Source: Pseudomonadota bacterium (GTDB lineage: Bacteria > Bdellovibrionota_C > UBA2361 > OMII01). Taken from it: a stretch of DNA of 20,039 bases. This document shows positions 8,859 through 17,062 of the stretch, one piece after another. The notes under the pieces were generated by a model, which made no database searches, had not been told where the DNA came from, and was given only the letters and a program-made list of their open reading frames with translations. A program made the position numbers and the translations under genes. The stretch covers positions 1 through 20,039 of the forward strand of contig JAYPVM010000019.1 of NCBI GenBank assembly GCA_038134595.1. The letters are read 5' to 3'. Every line of letters starts with the position of its first letter. Position 1 is the first letter of the stretch.

Positions 8859-10235
8859 CTAAGGTGTCGGCATTTGCCCAACCCAACTATAAAATTCAGC
8901 GAGCGCCGGGTCTCCTGCGTACTTATAGAAATCAAGCGCCTTACTGGAGTCTCTTAACGGATCACCTTCACCAGCCGGATATGTAACACCCCCCACCCAC
9001 TGCTCCATATCCGCCTCCATACTAAGCGCCCTATCTTTGAGATCAGAAGCAAGGTTTTGCAACTCAAATTCATCTTCTTTTAGATTGTAGAGCTCAAGAG
9101 CCTCTTTCTGTGCACCATTCTCAGTCATGCTTGGATAACGCTTTATCAACTTCCAATCATCTTTCATGTACATTCGACAAGGTTTGCGGCCATTTTGAAC
9201 AGAGTGAATAGTTTCCCTACTTTGCTCACTAACCCCTGACTTAAGATAAGGTAAAAGCGAATTTCCCTGTACATTCTCGGGCACTGAAATACCCGCTGCC
9301 TCAAGTAAGGTTGGTGTAATATCAACTAGACCTACGTAATCATCTACCACCACACCTTTTACATCATCTCTGTGATCGGGATGAGATACTATCAGAGGTA
9401 CGTGCACCGTTGGCTCAAATAAATTCTCATGATTAAACCAGATGCCATGCTCAACCATAGCCTCCCCGTGGTCTCCCGCAAAAACTACGATTGTATCATC
9501 TAAGATTCCTCTCCTATCGAGATCTTCAAAGAGTAGCTCAATCTGGTCATCTAAAAACTTAATCTCGGCATCATAAAGCGAAATTGCCTCAAGCGCTCGC
9601 GGAGTAAGATCAGACATTTTACCACATCGCGGTAAATAGAGCTCTCCTCCTCCGATATCCTCTAGCTCAAGATCCTTAGGATCGTTTGGAAAGAGGGAAT
9701 TATATTTTTCAGGCTGATTATAAGGAAGATGCGGCTCCCAGTAGTGAAGAAATCCAAAAAAAGGCTCTTCCCCATGAATATCAAGCCAATTTGTAAAGTC
9801 AGCGTTAATCTCATCAGCTCTTACGTGATGATGCACTAAACCAGAGCGTCTTGTTGAATTTACATAGTGATTATATCCTCTCACAAACCATCTTGGATGG
9901 GACCCCATTTGATGGAGGTTATCTATAGCAACGGTACGAAAATCACTATCAAGCAAGAGCTCCGGTAGTATCGGCAACTTATCATCGTAAAAAATGTTAA
10001 GCGCATTCGGGGCATTCCATGGGCTTGCAACAACACGGTGTCCCTCAGGATACATTCCACTCATTATTGTCGTGAATGATGGGATCGTCCAAGGAGCTTG
10101 AGTATAGCATCTTTCAAATCTAACCGACTCCTTTGCCCAACTATCTATAAAAGGACTCGTTTCATGTCTGTAACCATAACAACTCATATGATCCGCTCTT
10201 AGCGTATCTACTACAATAAGCAATATATTTTTCAT
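8859..10235 (-). CDS. Sulfatase-fold / alkaline-phosphatase-superfamily hydrolase or transferase
   Basis: Motifs DTLRADH, WTIPSF at the nucleophile loop, HYWEPHLPY, GDHGE and ELYNL. The ATG at 10235 follows AAGGAG; the ORF track starts at 10241. Confidence 0.9.
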   Translation of the reverse strand: MKNILLIVVDTLRADHMSCYGYRHETSPFIDSWAKESVRFERCYTQAPWTIPSFTTIMSGMYPEGHRVVASPWNAPNALNIFYDDKLPILPELLLDSDFRTVAIDNLHQMGSHPRWFVRGYNHYVNSTRRSGLVHHHVRADEINADFTNWLDIHGEEPFFGFLHYWEPHLPYNQPEKYNSLFPNDPKDLELEDIGGGELYLPRCGKMSDLTPRALEAISLYDAEIKFLDDQIELLFEDLDRRGILDDTIVVFAGDHGEAMVEHGIWFNHENLFEPTVHVPLIVSHPDHRDDVKGVVVDDYVGLVDITPTLLEAAGISVPENVQGNSLLPYLKSGVSEQSRETIHSVQNGRKPCRMYMKDDWKLIKRYPSMTENGAQKEALELYNLKEDEFELQNLASDLKDRALSMEADMEQWVGGVTYPAGEGDPLRDSSKALDFYKYAGDPALAEFYSWVGQMPTP

Positions 10236-10244
10236 AACCACTCC

Positions 10245-11171
10245 TTAGGCAAAGCTCACATTATTTAACACGAGCTCATATTTTTTTAGAATCTCTATCT
10301 GAAAAGTCTTTAACTCACCACTATTTAAAAAATCATAGTGCGTAATAACGTTATTCTCTAAATCATTAAAAATTCGTGTGTAGTACTTTAGCTGAAGCAT
10401 ACGATCTAAAATATCACACTCATAAAACGCATTAAGACTACCATAAAATCCCTCTTGTTCTTTTACGAGCGCCTCCTTAAGTAGATCGCTTATAAATGCT
10501 GGTAGCTCTCCTAGCACTTGTGCGTATGTAGCTACTCGAATCTCTTCTGCTAAATCACCAAGAACCATATCCGATTCGTGGTCGCTATTTGGTATCGCTA
10601 AACACCTTGCGTGATGAAAGAACGCATGTAATCCAGGCAGCACACACGACTCCCCTCTACTAAGACAAAGAATAACAGCATATAGAACCACACAATAAGA
10701 GTGATCTGCCTCCGTTTCTCGTGGAAACGGTGAGAGCTTAACCAGCTCTAACTGCGCATATCCAGACCTTTCAGTCTCACAAAGCTGCATAAGACGACTT
10801 AAAACACCCTCCCCAGGGGCGTTGCTTTTAGGAACATACCAAGCGTCTGCGCAATAGGGCATGAGGGTCTCAGCAAGATCAGGAAAACACTCACGTAAAG
10901 AATACTCAAGGAGCTTGTGCACAACTCCCACTTTTCTATTCTTTACATCCTCAGGAATGAATTCCCATCTCCACTCTCCTGTAACGCTAAGAACAATCGA
11001 TCTTACAAGATATCTCTTAAAGAGATCTTCAATTTCACCCTCTGACTCACATTTTAAAATCTCTATCCCAAGATCTAGAAACAGAAGCCGGGTGAGAGGC
11101 TTATCGACACTTAGCCCCCTCACCCTTTTAAGCTCACAGAGCTGTTCAAATAGTTTCAATCCAGACGCCAC
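10245..11171 (-). CDS. HD-domain-like protein (putative phosphohydrolase)
   Basis: ERSGY..ETEADHSY..FFHH..ECDILDR resembles the YfbR-type HD pattern. The gene is tightly packed in the operon. Confidence 0.6.
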   Translation of the reverse strand: MASGLKLFEQLCELKRVRGLSVDKPLTRLLFLDLGIEILKCESEGEIEDLFKRYLVRSIVLSVTGEWRWEFIPEDVKNRKVGVVHKLLEYSLRECFPDLAETLMPYCADAWYVPKSNAPGEGVLSRLMQLCETERSGYAQLELVKLSPFPRETEADHSYCVVLYAVILCLSRGESCVLPGLHAFFHHARCLAIPNSDHESDMVLGDLAEEIRVATYAQVLGELPAFISDLLKEALVKEQEGFYGSLNAFYECDILDRMLQLKYYTRIFNDLENNVITHYDFLNSGELKTFQIEILKKYELVLNNVSFA

Positions 11172-11175
11172 GCTG

Positions 11176-12171
11176 CTAACCTACCGCTTTCTCACTTACT
11201 ACCTTATCCACATCAACCCTTGTAGATATAAGCTTCTGTTCAAACATGAATTTTTCAACAGTTTTAAGAATCTTTAGATCTTCTTCATTAAGCGTTACTC
11301 TAATATCATCTATTGAATCCTTTTCGAGATTAGGCTCAAAAGACGCTGCCTTATCAAGTATTGACGGGTCATACTCAATTCGAGCAACATCCGCAAACCA
11401 CCCATTAGCTTCTTTTCTATTCCTGTTGTAATACCAGTAAGCACTTTTCACTGAATCCATCAAACGAGGGCCAAGCTTATTCTTTTCCACAAGTTCTTTT
11501 TTCATGAGCACAACTGCTACAATATCGCCTCTGGCAATAGTTTTAGTTAGCCCCTTCTCTTCTAAAATAAAAGGGGTCGGATCCCAGACCATCATCGCTT
11601 TCACATTTCCCCAGCCCTTAGTTTTTCCAGATTGAGCAACACTTATGATCTCATTAATCCCCAGATTCATGTTGTTAATATCCTTCCCCGGGTTAAGCCC
11701 TGCCTTCTTCTCAAGGTCAATTAAGACTCTATGTACAGCTGCAACAAATGGAACTGCGACTGTCTCACCTTTAAGATCCTCTACATTATTTACTCCGGAG
11801 TCTGGGTGAACCATCAATGCCCCGCTGTTATACATAAGTCTGCCTACTATCTGCCAATCTGGGTCTTTTGATAATAGAGTAAGGGCTGGCTGATCAGCGG
11901 TAAAAACCACATCTACTTCATCAGCAATAGCCGCTTGATTAAGAGGCCCTCCATAGGAGAATCCATGGAAACTAGCTTCAATATCATTCTTCTCTAAAAA
12001 GTCCTTCTTCTGAAGAACCATCGATAATTGTCCCTGTGTAGCCCAAGTGGTCTGCCACCCAATATGTAACTTATCAAGAGCTGGTTTCTCCTCAGCTCCA
12101 ACCCCTAGTAGCGGACTGACGCACACACAAACAAACAATAAGAACGTCTGTAAGATAATCTTATTACACAT
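11176..12171 (-). CDS. ABC transporter substrate-binding protein, NitT/TauT/SsuA type
   Basis: Signal peptide (MCNKIILQTFLLFVCVCVSPLLGVGA), GGPLNQA, DLKGETVAV and WDP. The start at 12171 follows GAGGAG; the ORF track starts at 12189. Confidence 0.88.
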   Translation of the reverse strand: MCNKIILQTFLLFVCVCVSPLLGVGAEEKPALDKLHIGWQTTWATQGQLSMVLQKKDFLEKNDIEASFHGFSYGGPLNQAAIADEVDVVFTADQPALTLLSKDPDWQIVGRLMYNSGALMVHPDSGVNNVEDLKGETVAVPFVAAVHRVLIDLEKKAGLNPGKDINNMNLGINEIISVAQSGKTKGWGNVKAMMVWDPTPFILEEKGLTKTIARGDIVAVVLMKKELVEKNKLGPRLMDSVKSAYWYYNRNRKEANGWFADVARIEYDPSILDKAASFEPNLEKDSIDDIRVTLNEEDLKILKTVEKFMFEQKLISTRVDVDKVVSEKAVG

Positions 12172-12189
12172 AGTTTTCTCTCCTCTCAT

Positions 12190-12981
12190 TCATACTCTAA
12201 GTGATACATCAATAGATTGTTTAAACCCTTCTTTGTCATCGTAATAAAAATCTGCCCTTTTTCCATACTCACCAATAAGTGGCGACACTTTTCTCTCAGC
12301 TTCTCTTAACGGTCGCTTATCTCCAACTAGGATCACCTCATCAGCCAAAACCGCCGCCTCATGCACATCATGTGTAACGAGGAGCACTGTGACTTCATAC
12401 TTTTCCTTAAGCTCAAAGAGCATCTGATAAAGCTTTCTCTTGGTAAGCGAATCCACTGAACTATACGGCTCATCCATTAACAACAGCTGAGGCTTAACAT
12501 AAAGCGCGCGTGCAAGCGCGACCCTCTGCTTCATACCTCCTGAAAGCTGAGGAGGATACATCTGCTCAACACCGCTAAGCCCTAATTGCTCAATAAGCTC
12601 ATCACATTCTCCTAGTACTGCTTTCTTCCCAATAGAATGATCAGCTAGTGTAATGTTCGCCCTCACAGTTAACCAATCAAACAGTCCCAACTCTTGCGGA
12701 ATAAGCATTCTCTGAACAGAAGTAGTTCCAGTCACATTCTTACCTTCATATAGAACACTCCCTCGCTCTGGGGTCTCTATGCCTGCCGCAAGTCGTAGTA
12801 AAGTACTCTTTCCAATGCCACTAGGCCCCATAAGTGCGCTAATAAGACCTTTCTTAAACATACAGCTAAAGTTCTCAACAATGGCGACGACTCCGCTATT
12901 AGTCTTAAAACTCTTACTAACTGAACACAGTTCAAGCGAAGAATCCTTAGAAACATCAATACCTGCGCTCGCACTACACAT
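12190..12981 (-). CDS. ABC transporter ATP-binding protein, NitT/TauT type
   Basis: Walker A GPSGIGKS, signature LSGGMKQR, Walker B LLLMDEP and VTHD. Confidence 0.96.
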   Translation of the reverse strand: MCSASAGIDVSKDSSLELCSVSKSFKTNSGVVAIVENFSCMFKKGLISALMGPSGIGKSTLLRLAAGIETPERGSVLYEGKNVTGTTSVQRMLIPQELGLFDWLTVRANITLADHSIGKKAVLGECDELIEQLGLSGVEQMYPPQLSGGMKQRVALARALYVKPQLLLMDEPYSSVDSLTKRKLYQMLFELKEKYEVTVLLVTHDVHEAAVLADEVILVGDKRPLREAERKVSPLIGEYGKRADFYYDDKEGFKQSIDVSLRV

Positions 12982-12987
12982 TTTCGC

Positions 12988-13737
12988 TCACCCCTGAACC
13001 TTCCGCACTGAAACTCTTTCAAGAAAGCTGGCTGATATGCGAATACAAATTCCCATCACGCCAATCACTAAAATAGCGCAGATTATTCTTTCAATCTGTA
13101 GTGTTAGCTTACTTGTTTGTATTACATACCCTAGCCCTGACTGTGCCCCTAGCATTTCTGCCGCCACCAGCACGTACCAAGCTATTCCTATGGAAACTTT
13201 CATCCCGGTAATCATTTGAGGCAAACAGTAAGGGAAATAGATAATCTTTACTGCTTTAAACTTTGGAAGCTGAAATAGCCGCGCCACTTCAAGATACTTT
13301 ACCGGAATACTCCTGAAAGCATCTGAAGTGGCGGTGAAAGTAGGAAAGAAAGAGGCAATTGCAACAAGCACTATTGCTGGCCTATCTCCAATACCAAAGA
13401 GAAGGATGGCAAAAGGGATCCACGCAAGAGGCGATATAACCCTAGTAAATTCTACTATTGGCTCAATGTAGTTATAGTACTTCGGATAGAGCCCCCCTAG
13501 CCCACCAAATAGCGCACCTGCCACGATGCCGATAGTTGCCCCAACAGTCACTCTAAGCGCACTACTAAGTACATCTTTTAGGAGATCACCTGATGCATAC
13601 CAATCATTAAAAGAACTCAACAGCAGCTTCGGCTCAGGGAAAAAAAGTGGATTCACTAAGGCGCTAGTAGAAAGAAACCAATAGATAGCCCCTGTTACTA
13701 GAACACAAACTACTATTGGAAAAATTCTATGATCCAC
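12988..13737 (-). CDS. ABC transporter permease, NitT/TauT/SsuC type
   Basis: Multiple hydrophobic helices, ISPLAWIP..ILLFGIG and LVAAEMLGAQSGLGY. Confidence 0.95.
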   Translation of the reverse strand: MDHRIFPIVVCVLVTGAIYWFLSTSALVNPLFFPEPKLLLSSFNDWYASGDLLKDVLSSALRVTVGATIGIVAGALFGGLGGLYPKYYNYIEPIVEFTRVISPLAWIPFAILLFGIGDRPAIVLVAIASFFPTFTATSDAFRSIPVKYLEVARLFQLPKFKAVKIIYFPYCLPQMITGMKVSIGIAWYVLVAAEMLGAQSGLGYVIQTSKLTLQIERIICAILVIGVMGICIRISASFLERVSVRKVQG

Positions 13738-13771
13738 TAGAATACTACTTAGTTGCTACACATTCGCACAC

Positions 13772-14950
13772 TTAGAGTACATAAGTGAGAAAAGCAAGGA
13801 CATCATGGACCTCTTCTTCATCACCTGAGAACACTCCACTATTTTCATAAAAGAGATTTAGTGCCAGATTATTTGTCAACGGAATAGCACGTAAACCAAC
13901 AAGGAATCCAAATCTATCGACTTCTTCAGTCCCGCTCGTCCAACTATACTCAGGGCCCATATAGATATTCTTCAGATACCCTTTAGAACCACCAAATAGG
14001 TCAAATGGAAAGATCACGTTTTGCACCTGTCCAAAACGCCCTCCACCCGGAAGATCAAAAGCCCTAACTCTTATATTAAACTGGTCACCAAAGTCCTGAA
14101 CGTACTGAAGCCTGTTAAAGTTACTAAAAACGTACGGATTACCAAATTGCGACCCAAGTAAGATCGGATTCTCATAGGACACACTTGTAGCTCCTAAAAT
14201 CCGAGACTCCCGCGCTACATTTGAAAGCAGTGGATGATTTGATTTGACTGTGAAATGACCAAGAAAGGCCAGTGGTCCGTTTCTTTCACCTATCGAGTTC
14301 TCAATTAAAAGCGCCTCAAAAGCGAGGCCCCCAGGCTCACGGTATCCAATCCCAGTTCTAATCTGCTCTTCATTCCAATTAAATCCTAAACTTCCAAATT
14401 TATCAAAGAGCAAAGCTCCGCCTTCAAATGATTCTGTTCCTACAAAATCTACATATCCTAGTCGTGTTCTTAAGTTTAATTTTTCACTTAAGGCAAGTGT
14501 ATGTATGGCTCCACCAAAAGAAGTATCGTCAGTGCCCCCTGTCGATGAATACCCACCATTAACACTCAAGTTACTTAAAACATCTACTTTTACCTGATAG
14601 TCAGTTTCATCCCGAAGCTCATTCGCATTATTAAAAAGAAACGTTGCATTGCGGAACTCAGGAATCCGCATCACACCACCAATGTAACTTAGGTCTTGTC
14701 CCGGAGAGTCCGCGTTTAAATAACCAAGCCCACCTTGAAACTCTACAACCCTACTCTCATCATCGCCGTAGACACCCTTAAAAAGATTTAGTTCTGAACG
14801 GTGTAAGTTATCTGCGTTGGTACGACCAATAAGCTCAGTCTTCCCAGTTAGTGCTCTCTCGCCCCCTGACTGCGCAGTTGCAACTTCACCAAAAGTAAGT
14901 ATTGCTAAAATACTTAGACAGACTCGTCTTACTACTAATTTACTTTTCAC
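13772..14950 (-). CDS. Exported protein, probable outer-membrane beta-barrel, function unknown
   Basis: A GTG start at 14950, 9 nt after GGAGG, gives a signal peptide (..VCLSILAILTFGEVATA-Q). The protein is Gly/aromatic-rich with alternating strands and ends ..LAFLTYVL. The ORF track starts at 15046. Confidence 0.6.
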   Translation of the reverse strand: MKSKLVVRRVCLSILAILTFGEVATAQSGGERALTGKTELIGRTNADNLHRSELNLFKGVYGDDESRVVEFQGGLGYLNADSPGQDLSYIGGVMRIPEFRNATFLFNNANELRDETDYQVKVDVLSNLSVNGGYSSTGGTDDTSFGGAIHTLALSEKLNLRTRLGYVDFVGTESFEGGALLFDKFGSLGFNWNEEQIRTGIGYREPGGLAFEALLIENSIGERNGPLAFLGHFTVKSNHPLLSNVARESRILGATSVSYENPILLGSQFGNPYVFSNFNRLQYVQDFGDQFNIRVRAFDLPGGGRFGQVQNVIFPFDLFGGSKGYLKNIYMGPEYSWTSGTEEVDRFGFLVGLRAIPLTNNLALNLFYENSGVFSGDEEEVHDVLAFLTYVL

Positions 14951-15170
14951 CTTACACTGCCTCCCAAACACGATGTATACAAAAGAGCAGTGCCCACCCC
15001 GGACATTCTTTCGCAGAACTCTAGCCTTATATATGTGACACTTCAACTAAAATCGTGCGCGGACTACAATCAAAAATGATAGCGGAACTATTGAAATATG
15101 TATTGTAGAAAAAACGCGGAAACGCGGCAGATGTTAAGATCTTTATGGCGCAAAAATCTTACGGCAAATG

Positions 15171-16592
15171 TTAGATTTGTGTGAGAAGAGAACTCAGCGG
15201 CAACATCTGATTATCGACACCATCTCTTCTTTTCCACTCAACATTTCCAGATTCAAGACTCTTCTTGCCGACAACCACTCTATTAGGAATACCTATTAAA
15301 TCCGCCTCAGCAAATTTTTGGCCCGGACTCACCCTCTCTCTATCATCATAAAGGACCTCAACCCCGGCCCGAAGGAGTTTGTGATAAATGGCGTCTACCT
15401 TAGCGCGCTCATCTTCTTTATTAGTTAAAGACAAGAGATGCACCTGATAGGGGGCTATCTCATCAGGCCAAAGAATACCAGCTTCGTCGTGCATACATTC
15501 AACAACTGTGCCCATAACTCGGGTCGTTCCCAAGCCGTAGCAGCCCATAATCACATTCTTACGCTTGCCATCAGCATCAGTAAAAGACAGGTCAAAAGGC
15601 TCACTAAACTTCGTTCCAAGCTTGAAGATATTACCAACTTCAATAGCCTTCTCCGCCCTCAGTGACTCGACCTCCACACCATCTTTTAATCCTAGATCGC
15701 GTAGTGCGTCCCTGTCATCAAGAAGCTCATGATTAACCCACAGATCAGTATCAGGTATCTGATATACTTGGTCTTCACCATACTCAGTTAGAGTTTGAAA
15801 CTCATGAGAATATTTAGAGAACGGACCTCCCGTAGCTGCAGTATACACAGTACGATCGCCTATGCCACATCTCTGAAAAATTCGTCGGTAAGCCTCCGCA
15901 ACCTGATCATAGTATTCACTAAGGTCTTCTTCATTCTCATGGAAGGAATAAAGATCCTTCATTCGAAACTCACGACCTCTTAAAAGCCCAGATTTTGCCC
16001 GTGCTTCATTTCTAAATTTGGTTTGAATTTGAAATACCTTTGATGGCAGATCTCTATAAGAATCTATAAAGGCAGATGCCAAAGGCGCGACAACTTCCTC
16101 ATGCGTCGGGCCAAGCACAAGATCTCTATCTCCCGCACCTTTTAGTTTGTATAAAATATCGACTGACTCCCAACGCCCAGTCTTAGCCCACGGCTCCGCA
16201 GGCTGAAGAGCCGGCATAGTGATCTCACTTGCCCCAACCGCGGCCATCTCTTGTTTAACAATCCCTTCAATCTTATGGAGAACACGGTTACCGAGCGGCA
16301 ACATTGTGTAGACTCCAGCCATCAGTCTATGGGTAAATCCTGCTCTTGCCAGATACTTTGCATTAATACTAAGCTCTTCAGCGGCAACTTTCTTAGAACA
16401 CTTCGATAAAAGTTCAGACTGTCTAGCTCCTGACGCCTCCTCAGTACCAGTACCGGTGTCTGCAACCTTAAACATTTCGTTACCCATATCGCTACCTATC
16501 AAATCAAGATCTGCAGGGGCAAGAGCCTCTTCAACTACCTCTCCTACTTCATCCCCAGGAGAAAAATCCCTATTATCTTTTTCAGGTCCCAT
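15171..16592 (-). CDS. proS: Prolyl-tRNA synthetase, bacterial type without the INS editing domain, with an acidic N-terminal extension
   Basis: AGVYTMLPLG, LGPTHEE, QIQTKFRNE, GLLRGREFRMKD, IEVGNIFKLG, MGCYGLGTTR and the C-terminal anticodon domain are all intact. The spacing from SHEF to IEVG is short. Confidence 0.95.
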   Translation of the reverse strand: MGPEKDNRDFSPGDEVGEVVEEALAPADLDLIGSDMGNEMFKVADTGTGTEEASGARQSELLSKCSKKVAAEELSINAKYLARAGFTHRLMAGVYTMLPLGNRVLHKIEGIVKQEMAAVGASEITMPALQPAEPWAKTGRWESVDILYKLKGAGDRDLVLGPTHEEVVAPLASAFIDSYRDLPSKVFQIQTKFRNEARAKSGLLRGREFRMKDLYSFHENEEDLSEYYDQVAEAYRRIFQRCGIGDRTVYTAATGGPFSKYSHEFQTLTEYGEDQVYQIPDTDLWVNHELLDDRDALRDLGLKDGVEVESLRAEKAIEVGNIFKLGTKFSEPFDLSFTDADGKRKNVIMGCYGLGTTRVMGTVVECMHDEAGILWPDEIAPYQVHLLSLTNKEDERAKVDAIYHKLLRAGVEVLYDDRERVSPGQKFAEADLIGIPNRVVVGKKSLESGNVEWKRRDGVDNQMLPLSSLLTQI

Positions 16593-16637
16593 AGTAACTC
16601 GTTGTACAATTAAAAAGCTATATCAAATCACCCCGAT

Positions 16638-16666
16638 ATTACACTCGAATTCACGTACTTAGTCAA
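16638..16666 (-). promoter_or_regulatory. Possible sigma70-type promoter upstream of proS
   Basis: TTGACT-N17-TGTAAT on the minus strand, ~45 bp before the ATG. The -10 box is imperfect. Confidence 0.3.
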
Positions 16667-16855
16667 AATTATTTACGTAGTTAGGGGGTGAACAAGAAGC
16701 CCTCACGACCGCCCGAATCACGCTTACATATCGAAAATCACCGACATAACGGTCATAACACTATCGAGCATCCTCTTAGAATGTTTCCAGTTCTTTTTTA
16801 ATATGTATTTTCAAGTAGGTAAGTAACCCACTGAAACTAGGCTCAAAGCCCGCCC

Positions 16856-17062
16856 CTACAAACCCAACCACTTTACAAGATCTTCAAATCGATCCTCAGT
16901 ATCGATCTTGATACTATACCCATCTCGCCACTTACCGATCCCTACTTCTGACTGGAATTTCCCCTGCAAGAACTCTTCCGCACCTTCAAAATCACCCTTT
17001 ATATATACATTTAAGTATTTCTGCCTGAACATAAGCGTAATCCAGCTAAAACCCTGATAGTC
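16856..17062 (-). pseudogene. C-terminal fragment (68 codons) of an unknown gene cut by the ori end of element C; not in the ORF track
   Basis: The frame is open from the first base after the IS end: DYQGFSWITLMFRQKYLNVYIKGDFEGAEEFLQGKFQSEVGIGKWRDGYSIKIDTEDRFEDLVKWLGL-stop. Confidence 0.6.

Noticed and set aside
8859..13737. Simple sulfate-ester/sulfonate scavenging operon (ssu/tau/ats)
   Set aside because: The sulfatase lacks the formylglycine motif, and the coupled genes are biosynthetic. It is not fully excluded, so no ssu/tau symbols were assigned.
15064..15127. Short inverted repeat CTACAAT/ATTGTAG and tandem AAACGCGG between proS and the operon
   Set aside because: They could be operator sites but are too short to support, and no regulator gene is present in the window.
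16593..16855. T-box riboswitch or tRNA upstream of proS (also checked 2016-2267 upstream of lysS)
   Set aside because: No T-box consensus (GGTGGNACCGCG) or cloverleaf was seen.
1469..17062. Cluster as cargo of an inverted B/C composite transposon
   Set aside because: Both copies present their ori ends to the cluster. Rolling-circle transfer proceeds from ori into the element, away from the cluster, so B and C would not mobilise it directly.
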